A stretch of DNA of 64,000 bases from the human T2T-CHM13v2.0 reference genome, Homo sapiens, in assembly GCF_009914755.1 (NCBI RefSeq), contig NC_060931.1; one strand, 5' to 3'. This document shows, piece after piece, positions 1 through 12,205 of the stretch (its first letter is position 1; each line of letters starts with the position of its first letter). The notes below the pieces were generated by a model. The model made no database searches and had not been told where the DNA came from. It worked only from the letters and a program-made list of their open reading frames with translations. Made by a program: the position numbers and the translations under genes.

Positions 1-3000
1 GTGCTCCTGCCCCAACTCCAACATACCACCCTTAGTGCTGCCTTTAATAATGTTTCAATTTTCAGATTGTTTGGATGACAGTTCCTCTAGGAGGCTTACC
101 TCACATCACCTCCACCACCACCCTCCTGCCAGCCTGGTTTAGAATGCCCGGGGTCTAAGGTCACTATCATAGTCTAGTGTTTAGCAGAAAGTAGCCAATG
201 ACTTGATTACTTATTAACAAATAGAGGCGTCCTTAGCATTGAGTTCTATTAAATTAAGAGAGCCACCTAGTACCTCTGAATCCCCCATTTTTGCCTCTGA
301 CCCATTACAGGGCAGATTAATGGGCACCAGAAACATATGTCAAATAGCAATCGCTGCTAATGGACAGGAAATCCCCACATTGTCAGGGCAGTTGAATTTA
401 GCAACCACTCAGTTCCAGCCTAACTCTAAAATTAGAAAGTCACCTATTTCCTTCTCTTTTCCTAAGCAACTGTATGTTTAATGACACAGCAACAATTACT
501 ATGAAAGCAGGTATCCAAACTAAAATTTTTTGATTAATCAAATATTTTCCCTCACTTCCATTTTTCCCACTTGGTGGCATATAGAAACATATCCTCTTTT
601 CCATGACCGTGGACCTCCTTACAACTGTCTGCTGTACATGTATCCCATGCACAAATCTGGGAACAATCTTCAAGAAGTTCATCTTAGAACTTGCAACTCC
701 CTGGGAGGATCTCCCTGCCTGGATTTCTATAGTTAACGGAAATCCAGCCATACTTATCACTCGAGGCCCTGAGATGTTTACGGTACTATAAATTTTAGGC
801 ACAGTTTCAAGTTCTCTGCAGCAGAAGGCAGGCTTTTCTGTGCATTGCGTACTGTGGATTCTGTTCTTAATTTAACACACTCTGCACACTGTGATTATGA
901 TAGTGGTAAATTCACTGAGGCAAGGGCCAAGCAGGGCTGCAGATGGATAGGAAAGGTTCTCTGGCATCTTTCTATAAACTTACGAGGATGCTGGCCATGA
1001 TGATGGTGGCGGTGGTAAGGGGAGTTCCTCTGACTCCGACCTCATGTCTTTGGCAGGAGTTGAAATGAATAATAAAGCTGGGTTTATGATTAGATAGAAT
1101 ACCAGAGCAGAGAGAGCAGTTAGAGGGAGAAGCTGTCTTATTTTAGGAAGCATGATGACTTATTTTTTCAAAATCTGAATTCGATATTCCCCTTTGCTAA
1201 GAATTGGTGTGGGTTTTGTTGTTGTTGTTTGTTTCTTAACAAAATAAAAGAGAAGAAGATTCCCATAAGCAGAGCTTAATCATTTAAATCTAAAAAGGCA
1301 ATCAGCAGTTGATTTTAGGGTGGCAGGGTCCTGCCAAGGCCTTAGGAGAAGGCCGAGGGAAACCTCCCAAGCCTTGGATAACTAGCCTGGAGGGTGTGCA
1401 GGTTTCCTCCAGCTTGGGCACATCTGCCTTGCCCCATAGAGAATGTTAACAAGATACCTGCTGTTTTCCCTTCTGCCTCTATGCAGGACAGCTTCTGAAA
1501 TCCTAAACTGCACAGGGTGTCACTCCAAAAACAGACAGATAGTAGCTGCTAAATTAGAGAACCCAGAGGGCACAAGGTTGGGTTTTGTTTTTCTAGGAAA
1601 GAGTGTAAAACTGGAGTGTCTGACTAGTGCCCCGGATAGGGAGGCTTAATAGGTTTGGGGTAACTCATCCCCATGAGCTCTGCTCTACTCTCATCCACAC
1701 CTGCCAGAAGGGGTCAGGGTGAAGCCGATGGACAGCAGTGCTGACCCGCATGCAGTGGACTTTCCATGAATAACACCCAAGGCTGACTACAGATGTTTAG
1801 GTGGGGGTGCCGAGGGAGGGTTACTTGGCTGACTAGAATTAGGGACAGCCGTGTGCAAATTGCTTTTTTAGGGCCAGAGAGGCTGAGGCTGCTGGCTTCC
1901 AGTCACACAGCCTACAGGACAGCCCCTGATTTCACAAGAGCAGGTTTCTGATGCATGATCTAGCCCCACCCCTTCTTCACAGGCAGCTGTACTTGGAAGC
2001 AAATGATTTAGTGTTCCTGAGAGAGGATTGTACAAAGAGAGTACTCATTAGAGGGGGCTCAATCTGTCAGGTGCTGTTATATTAGGATCAGAGAGTCATC
2101 ATAAAATGACTTTCATGCTGGTCTTGGCTGATAATTAACTGCATGGCATCGCCTGCGTATTGTAGAGAGGCAAGGGTGCTGATTTATGCATCCGTTTAAT
2201 TATCTGAATTGAAAGACTCTGTTCCCTGTATTTGCATCCACTGCCTGCGTGCTTTCTCTCTCCCCCATATTTCTGACATTTGGATTTTCCCCCTACTAAT
2301 TGACATGCCTGTCGCCTCCTTCTCCTGGTGTCCATTTCTGGAACTGCTATTTGTATATTGCATGATATTTTATCAGGAAAAAATATAAAACAGATCTAAT
2401 TTCATGAAAATGCTGTTGCCATAATGCTCAGGAGAACAGGGGGAAGAGAGAGATTCAAGTCTTCCTAATGTCTACCTTATATGCAGGTACATTTTACAAG
2501 TTCTATTGTATTCTGACTTATTAAGCAGTGCATATTTCTTTCTTTTACATTAGCTTTCATTGCAGAAGGGTGTGGGGAGATGAGACTGCTGGAAACTGAC
2601 GTGGGATTGATGTTTATCAGGGCTGTAGGCTTCAGAAATATATTAAGCCTCGGAATGTCCTAGGTATGAAAAAGATAATAAATAACAGGTCAATTTATTA
2701 TATTCCCTTTATCTCTATATTACCTGAGAGAGATTGCTATACTGCAGTGACACTTTCAAGATGCCCCAATCCTCCAATCTCCATGCATAACAATTTGAAA
2801 AAGGGAAGGTTGACTAAGGCTGGGATGTTCAGGATCAATTTCTAATCAGTTTCAGGTTTTACTCAAATATCTCATGCTGTAAACTCTTGAAATGAATGTC
2901 TTCCCATAGTGCGCCGTGAGCAGGTTCTGCATTAGTTTGTACAGGTGCGACCTAGGTTCCTGCACTATTACCTAGCTAACCAGATATAGCTGGTTGCTTT

Positions 3001-6000
3001 GCGAACCTTTCATTACCTGCTCTCTAATAATATTCTTTTCATCCTCTGTGCTATTTTTTCCCTCCCGAGGCTTGTGAGCAAGGCTGTATCACAGCCTGCT
3101 CTGCCTGAGTAATTCACTAAGAAAGTCCCACGCAAACCCATGTGGGTGATAATATTTCATCACTTAAACCTCTATGAGCTTGGTGGACACATACCAAAGA
3201 GAGAGAAAAAGAGGTGCAGAAAAATGGGCAAAGAGAAATTTTGTACCTCACAGGGAATACCTCTGAAATGCTGCTGGGTGGGAAGGATTGGACAGAGGAG
3301 AGACTGTGTAAGCTGGAAGGAAAGATAGCTGGAAGGGTGTTTGCAGCACATTTTCCTTTGCTTTCAGAATTTTAAAAATGTTTTGAATAAGTCAATCATG
3401 AAGGCATGGCAAGGGTTAAGCAACTAAGCCCCTTGTTGTTCCCTCCCCCTACACTAAGATGCAAAATGCTGGACTCATCCAAAAGTCCAGCATCTCAGAT
3501 TTGTGGGTCTATGAACATTTTCAGTTAAATAAGCAACACACACATGCAGTGTTTCGATTTGGTTTTGTTTTCCTCACCAGGGTCCTGCTTAAAATATGTT
3601 GCTCTTTTACATATGGGCAATAGTTATGTCTCTAATGTGAATGTGGAAAGCCTCGTTGTTTATAGAACACATTTAAACTTACCATGGGATGGGGGCTGGG
3701 GGAAGCCTCCCTGTAAAAAGCGTCTGTTCCTTTAATTTTCCATTCTTCATCAAGATTTCACTGTGCCTAGATATGGTATAGTCAATGGTAAGGGTATACA
3801 CAACTACCATTTACAGGGTGCATTCTCTGAAGCTCTAACTTTGCATTTGGACTGCTTCCAGGGGTTTCTGCAGAAAGCAGCAAGTGAGGTCTTAAGGTTA
3901 TTCCTCCTTTGACCTACAGTAGAGGATCTTTCCTGCAGTAGAACTATAGGTTTGGCCATAAATTATCTTGATTAATTTTTTAGCTTTAATTTCCCTCCTT
4001 AGGGTCCATTATTGATTTATAAATGCCCTGGCACAAACGTCCATCATCCATGCCTCTTCCATTAAAGTGGTGATGAAAAAGGTTAAATATTTTGGGAGAA
4101 AGGGGTTTTAGGTTCCTACAAGTAGCAAAAATTCTTAAGGTTTAACCCACAAAATTTCAGAGACTTCTTCCAAAGTTCCTGAGAACTTTGGCACTTCTCA
4201 TTTTGGACTTAGGAACCAGTCGAGTACGAAGAATTCAGAACTACAGCTAGGAGATCACGTGCAAGTATTTTTTAGCAGAAGAGGGGCCAAGACAAATATG
4301 TGTTTTCAAGAAAAGTGCCTGGGAAGGTATTACTGCAGTTCTTTAAATATTACAACGGACTTTCCACCCTGGCATCTCCACCACCCCCAGCCCAGTCCAT
4401 CCACTGCACAGGCCGCAGACCACTATTAATCTCTTTTCCCATCTTTCCCCACCATTTCTCTCCACACCCTCAGTTCGGAAACAAACGCATCCTCAGAAGC
4501 CGAACACCATGTTCCCACAAGGCATTACAGAAAGAACCTTTTTCCTCCCTGTTTGAAGTCACTTGTCATTTGTCGCTGGTGGAAACTGTTGATAAGGCAG
4601 GAAAACTAGGCAACAAAATCAGGGGAGATGGAAGATGTTTTTGTTACGACCCGGGAGACCGTATTAGGGAGAGACTTGTGAGCAAATCAGTATCGCTGAT
4701 GATTCATAGTCACATTTCTCCCTGCTCCGCTTTGTTTGCTTTTGAAATTTATCACTCGTCTGCCTTCCATAGAGCTCCGGAATGTTCACATGTATCACTA
4801 GAATTTCCATTTCCTTTCCTTCTGTCTCATTTAATGTATTACAGGTAGTCATGCTTCTCCCATCTCATAAATTCCTAACTTTTTCTGCAGGATGAGAGGG
4901 AGCAGGCGGTAACTGATAATCACCAAGATTAGGGCGCTACAGACAGGGGCTTCCAGTACGCGCAACTGCCTTTCCCTGGATACACTGACAAGGAGCAAAA
5001 GTCTTTGGAACGCGCCCTCTTGTGGCCGCTCTTCCCCATTATTCACGGAAGAGAGCGTGTAACCCCTAAAGGCATCCCTAAAGGAGGGGTGATTCACAGA
5101 AAAGTTCGGAAGGTGGGATTGGAATGGTGGGAGTCAGCTTCATTTTGAGATGGCTTTCTTGGGGTGGGGAAAATGGTCATCCAAGCAAAGCTTCTTGGAT
5201 CCCTGTCTGGGCAGTGCAAACTTCTAACTCAAATCTTCCATACATAGTATCCTCCAAGGGGTAGACTTATGTGTTGCGCTTAACAACACCTAGGCTACGT
5301 GAGCACATCCATTTCTTGGTGTGTCATTTGTCTTTCTTTCCCTATTCTTTCTACAACAAGTGCTATCAATTGCTAAGCTAATTACCAGAACCCACATCCA
5401 GGTTTGACAGCATATGGAGACTTAGAGGTACATTATTATTATGCATTGATTGACCACCTACTGTCATGAGTCAAAATAAAATAAAAATAAGCTGCATCAG
5501 CTGAAAAGGCCACTGAATTTAGCTTCATGACATTTATAGTGATAGCTTGGCTTTACCCATCCCTTCTATCTTTCCTTGTGAAGAACTCTGTAGGCCTTAA
5601 GGTAAAACATTGAGGGTTTTGTGCCAGCCATGCAAAGAACACACTAACCTTGGTGAGAAATCTTGGGTGATGTGACATATATAAAAATAAAATAATTTTT
5701 GTTTGTTGGGATACATTTCAGAGAGCCTTAGAGTGATTCCCTGCTGTTTAGTCAATAACAACTCGCATCAACTTTACAAAAATTGAGCACTTTCTACCTA
5801 AACAGGATGGGACAAACTCAGTTAAAAGAGTCCTCAGCACTTCAGCTTTTGGAGGCTCTCTACTTCTGTAGCCAGGCCTTGGCTTTATCCAACAATCAAG
5901 GAGAGAAAAGGCAAAAATTAAACGTAGCCTCAAATTGAAGAATCTTGAGGTTGAAAGGGGCTGCTATGGGTCTGCATCTGTGGCATGCTCATGGGTGACA

Positions 6001-8385
6001 ATGTCTGGATTCTATGCTGCACAAAATGGTTATAAGGGAAAGAAAAATGCATTCCTTTTTCTATTCTCCAAAAACTCTTGACATTCCACATAGTTGGAAT
6101 GTTATTAAAGTTGAATTATTCCAAAAGCAACAAGACATAGGTCTTTTCTATTCATGTTCATATATTTGCTACAATCATTTGGATGATAAATGTCTTTTCT
6201 GGACTAGCAAAATCAGCAGCAAAATGCTCACGTGGTTTTCTGCTTGAAGAGTAGACAGTCCATACAGCAATCATTAAATACATGAAATTACATTAAATCA
6301 ACTTGAAGTTGATGTGTGAAATCCCTCAGAGAAAAATAAGCAATTGTAATAAGTGTTTTCTAAGAATCCAAAGTCAAGTTGTAAAGTCAACCAGGAGTTT
6401 CCCATTACAAATCTTAAACTTGACTCAATGTGAACGTCCAACGAATCGCTTTTTCAAAAGTCGCTCATTTTTTTTCAAACTAAACACCTAACTGAGAAGT
6501 AAAAAAATGACAAGATCTCATACAACTGAGAGAAGACTGTCACAGAAAGGAAGACCACACATAAGAAAGAATGTAAATGGTCAAATTTTTTCACTGCCAA
6601 ATCTCTAAATGCTAAGAGAGTGATTTGCTATACAAGTCCAGTAAGTCAGAAAGAGGGGCATATTGCTAGTAACGGTAGTGCGGTTAAAAGTGGTCAAAGG
6701 CATAGGTATACTTAGTCATATGACATGGTTAAAGGCAACTGGATACGAGCTGTCATTGAATCCATCATGTGTGGAGGTTGGTATACAAAGACAGGAAGCA
6801 ACCCTCTAGACCACTGAAATCTGTTTCACATGCACAGCCAAATATTGTAAATATTTTCTTTTTTACCTTTTCCCACCATGAAAAGTTGAGAAAAAAAAAT
6901 GGGTGTCAACTTGAAAAGTTCCAACCTAGCTTTCTTCCTCAAAAAGCTCCAGAAGATAAAGTCCTAATGATCATGCCTTTTGGGGCTGGGTTAAGAAAGA
7001 GCTTTAGGGAAAGAAAGTAGGATCTTCCCTAAGTGAGAGAGGCTTCTGGTGAGAGAGCCAAACTGGGAAGCTTGTAGGACACCAGGGCTTCTCCTGCAAG
7101 GGGAAGCCACACAGCCAGCAGGCTATCTGCACCCCCGGAAAGATGCCCTGGTCTTTCATGGTTTTCTTGAAAACAGAACATCTGAGTCAACAGGTTTTCA
7201 GATTGGAAATTCTGAGTGTTGCCTTAATTGTTTATACTGCTGCGGCAAACTTTTAAACAAAAATGCTGGGAGTCCCTGCACATACTTTACTGGCCATATG
7301 CTCTACCAAACAAAACAATGGCATTCCTTTCAAATGGAGTTGGCAAAGGATGCAATTCTTTAGCCTGGCATTACCATGAAAGTAACACGGTATTAACACA
7401 TCTGTGTGCCTGACGTGCATGGGCTTGCAGGCATGCAAAGGATCTGTGTCACTTAACTATAAAAATAGCCTGGCTCCAAGTCCATGGGCCCATACTTTTG
7501 ACAGGTATTGCTATTCAGCAACAGGTTAGTGTGGTCCTGGGCCAACGATTAGAATCTATTTATTAAAGTTCTTCCTCTTAAGGATTGAGTGAGTTCAGCG
7601 TAGTATCTGAGAGTACTTTGTCAAGGTTGCGTTCCTTGGCAGAGAGCTCTTAGTAACTTTAGAAAGAACAAAACTGGTTGTTTTATTTATTTTTTTTTCT
7701 TTCAGAGAGCAAAAGTCAGTGTCCCAAAAGTAACTGCTGGTTCAATGACAACTGTCCCCCAAAGTAGCTCTTCCCTGTCTTGAATGTGGTGCCTGTGCAC
7801 TTATAGACATTTTCTAAAGGTAAAAATGACTGTCACTCATAAATATGCCCTGCTTCTCCAATGTGGCCCCAGATTGGACTTTTAAAGGGGAAGGTTTGTT
7901 TTAAGAGAGTGACTTCATCTGTGCCATTCCACTCCAATCCTCGTACATTCACCCCTCTACCCTCAATAAAAACTTGGATGGGGTCCGGAAGCCTCCTCTG
8001 CTCCCCTAGCACCCGAAAATGCCGCGGCTTTCCTCCGGCTGCTCAGATCTGGTTTCACAGGCAGGGCAAGGCAGCCCCTCACAGTCTGCCTTCCAGCTCA
8101 ACATTGGCCCCGAGCTTCCTCTCTGTGTGACCCGCTGGGTTTAGTAAGTGTAAGCCAGTCATCTCCAGGCAGAGCTCGACCGAGAATTCCTTTTCTGTAA
8201 AGTCCTCTCCCCCTCCCCTGCCTGCCCTCCGTCGGCTAGTCCGCTACCATCACCTAATAACTAATAACCTTCCCAGGCAGTTTCCAGCTGAAGGGAAAAG
8301 AAGTTCCTCCTGGGACTGTCAAAGAAATATATTTTACCCTCCCACCCCCCACCCCTCCCCACCCCCTGCCAATGCCAGCACCAAC
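1..8385 (-). other. INHBA: INHBA intron between the two coding exons (partial)
   Basis: Begins with GT at 8385; no INHBA C-terminal coding sequence is found in 1-8385. Confidence 0.9.
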
Positions 8386-8773
8386 CTGACTCGGCAAACG
8401 TGATGATCTCCGAGGTCTGCTCCATAAGTTCATTCATTTCTGCCCTCCTTCCAATGTCATCCTCTATCTCCACATACCCGTTCTCCCCGACTTTGCCCAC
8501 ATGAAGCTTTCTGATCGCGTTCAGAAGCGCCGCCTTGGGTACCGGCTGGGTGACATCGGGTCTCTTCTTCAAGTGCAGCATGTTTAAAATGTGCTTCTTG
8601 ACGGCCTCCACCATCTCTGGCTGAGAGTTGGGTACATCCTTTGGGAGGGCGGCCAGCGCACAGGACGGACAGTCGGGGGCCGCGCTGTGCCCCTCGGATC
8701 CTGGGGTGGGGGAACTCCTCACTATAATCCAGCAACTTGCCAACAGAAATCCTCTCAGCCAAAGCAAGGGCAT
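8386..8773 (-). CDS. INHBA: Inhibin beta A chain (activin A subunit), first coding exon: signal peptide + N-terminal prodomain; CDS continues in an exon left of the window
   Basis: Translation MPLLWLRGFLLASCWIIVRSSPTPGSEGHSAAPDCPSC...EIITFAES(G) matches the INHBA N-terminus. ATG at 8773; phase-1 donor CAG|GTTGGT at 8386/8385; 388 coding nt. Confidence 0.98.
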
Positions 8774-8916
8774 CCTGGCAGCAAAAGTTGTTGTGATTGC
8801 CTTTTTAAAAGGCCCTGCTTTTCCTCCCCCCTCACGCGCAGGTTTTTTTGTGTGTGTGGATTTTTTTATTTTTTTTTTTGGTGTTTTTTTTTTCCTTCTC
8901 CTCTTCAGCAAATTCT
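8774..8916 (-). other. INHBA: INHBA exon 2 5'UTR portion (A-rich, 143 nt)
   Basis: Minus-strand acceptor TTTTTGTTCTTGTTCCAG|AGAATTTGCTG, AG at 8918-8917; agrees with the recalled INHBA mRNA leader. Confidence 0.88.
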
Positions 8917-9031
8917 CTGGAACAAGAACAAAAAGTTTTCTGTGAAGTTTTGTTTGCAGGTTCCTCTCTGAATGCAGTCAGTGCTGTAGGTTTGTGGCTG
9001 TCAGGGAGGAGAGTTCTGACTGTCTCCGAGT

Positions 9032-9237
9032 AAGAGAGAAGGAAGGAGGGAGGGAGGGAGGGAGACAGGGAGGGAGGGAGAGACAGGGTGGCGGGGAGAC
9101 AGACAGAGACAGAGAGAGAGGATGGGAGGGAGACAGAGACAGAGAGAGAGGAGAGAGGGGGAGAGAAGAGAGAGGGAAAGAAGGGGGAGACAGAGGGAGA
9201 GAGGGAGGGAAGGGAGGGGGAGAGGGAGAGAGGGAAA

Positions 9238-9276
<39 letters not shown>
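9032..9276 (+). repeat. Polypurine GA-rich tract ending in (GA)n
   Basis: About 245 nt almost entirely G/A on +; pure AG repeat 9241-9272. Confidence 0.95.
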
Positions 9277-9278
<2 letters not shown>

Positions 9279-11399
9279 TTGGCCCTAAGTAAGTGAGTGA
9301 ATGGAGAGGGAGGGAGTTTGCTGTGAGTAGGGCTGTGATTAGGGAGGGAGGGACAGCCCGTTTTCTGACAGGCTGCTCTCCTTCTGCTCTTAGCTTCCTC
9401 ACAGACACCTCTCTTCAAATATCACCATTTTCGGGGGTTCTACTTTCTCTTCTAAAATAAATTATCCTAATTTTGTTCACTATTTTTTTTTCTTTCTCTG
9501 CCCAGTCTCCTGGTTTCACCTTCTTCCTTTTTTGGAGGGGAGAAAAGAAACCCCAAACAAACACAGTGTCTCAATCAATAGGGATGAATTGATTGAAAAA
9601 GTGTTCCCACCGCCCCTCCACCCAGCCAAGCCACAGCCCTAGGTGGTAGAACGCCCACCTGGCCACGTGGTGGGGCAGAGGGTGCAGGGAGGTCCAGTGG
9701 ACAGGTAGTGGAGGTCAGGGAAGAGGGACTCAGGGGTAACAGAGGATTGTTCTGGCCTGATGGGATCCAGGGGAGATGGTCCTTTCCCCCAATTCATTCA
9801 TATTTAAATGTTCAGGTCATCAACACTGGCAGGCAATCTGAGGAGAGCGCAATGGAACTTTTGTTTGGGGTCATATAATACACTCCACTCTTCCCAACTG
9901 TGAAATGCAGCAGGGCACTGAAGGACCAGAGGGCAGGCAGCCTGTCACAAGCCCAAGTTCCAGAAGCGCTTTCTCCCCGTCGCGTTCAGCTGCCCCCTTC
10001 TGCCGGGGACCCACTCACTCTCACACATTACAGCCTACCACCACTCGCCGGACTTCACAGATAAAATGCAAAATTCTCTTGGCCTTTCCCACATCCTTTT
10101 ATAAAAAGAGTGCACTCGTATGACTTGAATAACTGGTCCTATGGGAAAAGACTCTCTAAAATATATTGGCAAATTATTTTTCTCTGTCATGTGGTAGTTT
10201 TTTCAGCTTGCCCCAAGCCTGTCCCGACCAGTGCATTCATAGACAGCCTCCTTGACTGCTTCTTTTTCCCTCAAAGGAACAGTGCAGATGAAATCATCAT
10301 GGATTTTAGTGTGCACAGAAAAAGAAAAATGTGAATTTTTTAACAATGCCTTTCTAAGGCTTAAAAAAAATTCTTCCCCCTCCCCTCTTTTTCATTTTCT
10401 GTCTTATTGCTTTTATCTTGCAGAAGAATCTTTAAGGGGTCCATCTGTTAAAGCGTTCCTTCCCTCTCGGTTTCTTTCCCACACATAAGCCCTCTTGGTT
10501 TCTGAAGATACACTCAGCTTATATCTGACACCTAGTGTGTTCATAGCATTACAGTCAAGCAATGCAGTTTAGGTGGAAAGAGTTAATAAATATCATTACT
10601 ACAAGATAAGATCTGAGTGCAAGGGGAAGAGGGCAAGAAAATTGTGACACTAAGTTATAATTACAGTTTGCACAGGTTAACAATGCTTTCTGAATTATAT
10701 ATACTGTCCCCTTTTCCAAAACAACTATTTGTAAGACTTTTTCTGTTACAAGTAACCTAACACCTTTGGGGTTTCAGCTCCAGAAACATCAATTACTCCA
10801 CCATTATTGTTAAAACTTTGTCAACATTGCCTAAAAAGCCTCATATTTTTTACGGGGATGGTGAAAGAGAATGGGGGAGGCAGGGGACATTTGTGTTACA
10901 ATGGTTTTATAAAAAATCTTTGTGCTATAATACTTAACATCATCCACCTATTTGGAGTCACATATACAGTACCCAAAATGTTTTGCAGTTCAATTAAGTT
11001 TTACAAGAAAGTCTGAAATACAACCAAAAGTTTAATGGCTCTAAACAACTCAGGAGTCCTAATAGCAGCATTTAGATAAGTGCAACTTATCAATATTTGG
11101 ATTCTCTCTGCATCTGAGTATGTGTGTGTTCCCTGAATTTACTGTTTGCGAATGTAACTCTTAAAAATAGCTTTCTCTTTGGCATATGTACTTGTATATA
11201 TGTGCTGAGTGGCTTGTATAAACATATAATCTATTTGCATGCTCTAGGACTATTAAAAGCTGTATTAACCTGCCTGAATAATATAAAAAGGTACACATCA
11301 CAATGCACATTGGAAATGCCAATTAGTTGTAAAATTCCTCCTAGCTTTCCTATCTTTGAATGTGTAAAGAGCTCAGAAGTAAGAGTTAAAAAGCATTAC

Positions 11400-11503
11400 C
11401 TTTCTGGTCCCCACTCTTCCACCAGCCGGCTCTTGTATCATGTGGTAAGAGCTGTCTGAGCTCCTCTTCATGGTATTGGCACTGTGAAGTTTTATACTGT
11501 ACT
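11400..11503 (-). other. INHBA: INHBA non-coding exon 1 (5' end variable, about 11465-11503)
   Basis: Donor AAAG|GTAATG at 11400/11399. Sequence ...GAGTGGGGACCAGAAAG joins AGAATTTGCTG as in the recalled INHBA mRNA. Confidence 0.85.
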
Positions 11504-11612
11504 ACTTATTTGTACACCACACATTGGTACCACTGAAACAGAGGAGGGCTGGGGCTTTGTTTGGGATTGGTTGGAATCAGCATGACATCAGCGGATGACT
11601 GGTTTTTCCAGT
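11490..11612 (-). promoter_or_regulatory. INHBA: INHBA proximal promoter
   Basis: Minus-strand TATAAAA 11496-11490; CCAAT at 11527-11523 and 11570-11566; variant CRE TGATGTCA 11590-11583 next to a TGCTGA Maf half-site; NFAT-like GGAAAA near 11609-11604. Confidence 0.8.
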
Positions 11613-12158
11613 GTGAGACATTTCATAATTCATTATCTAATGGAAAGCCCTTCCTGGCTTCTGAGACACTACTGGGTGATGCACTGAGCCAGTGAAACCT
11701 CTGGCTAGGATTACTCTACCTTTTAGAAAAACATTGGAATCAAATAGATATGTCTCAATGAGTGTGTCCAACTTTCAACTTTTACTACTCGCACACACGT
11801 CTCGTTATATTCAGGTTCAGTTTTATGTCTTTACATAAAACATCTGTTACTTCATGAAGTTGCTTCTATTTACAAAGTATTTTATTGTTTCTTTCAGGAA
11901 AGAAAATTGGTAGTGTTCTTTATAGGGATTCTAATTTTATATTTTTAAAATAAGCTATTTCATTGAGGAAAAAAATTGGGAAAATCTGTATAATCATATG
12001 ATGATGGTCTCCCCCGACCCCAACCAACTTACACTATTATTTTACATCTTGAAATTGAATGCCTGCTTCATAAATCAAGAACTTTGGAAACAGTAATTCT
12101 CTTTAAATGAACTTCATAAGTATCCTTCCCAGGTCTTTAGAATCTCATTCTAACTAAC

Positions 12159-12162
<4 letters not shown>

Positions 12163-12191
<29 letters not shown>

Positions 12192-12205
12192 CAACAACAA
12201 CAACA
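12163..12205 (+). repeat. (CA)14 microsatellite followed by (ACA)n
   Basis: Direct reading. Confidence 0.95.

Noticed and set aside
4300-4848. 182-aa + strand ORF
   Set aside because: Non-ATG start, no recognisable domain, intronic antisense location.
8774-8911. 46-aa polybasic N-terminal extension of the 216-aa ORF (MLKRRRKKK...)
   Set aside because: Starts at TTG; the Lys-rich sequence merely reflects UTR A-runs, and the signal peptide begins at ATG 8773.
8457-8971. Overlapping alternative-frame and antisense ORFs over the INHBA exon
   Set aside because: Shadow ORFs of a GC-rich exon, with no recognisable product.
8978-9418. ORFs of 100-146 aa with (SL)n or (ER)n runs
   Set aside because: Translations of the GA/CT repeat.
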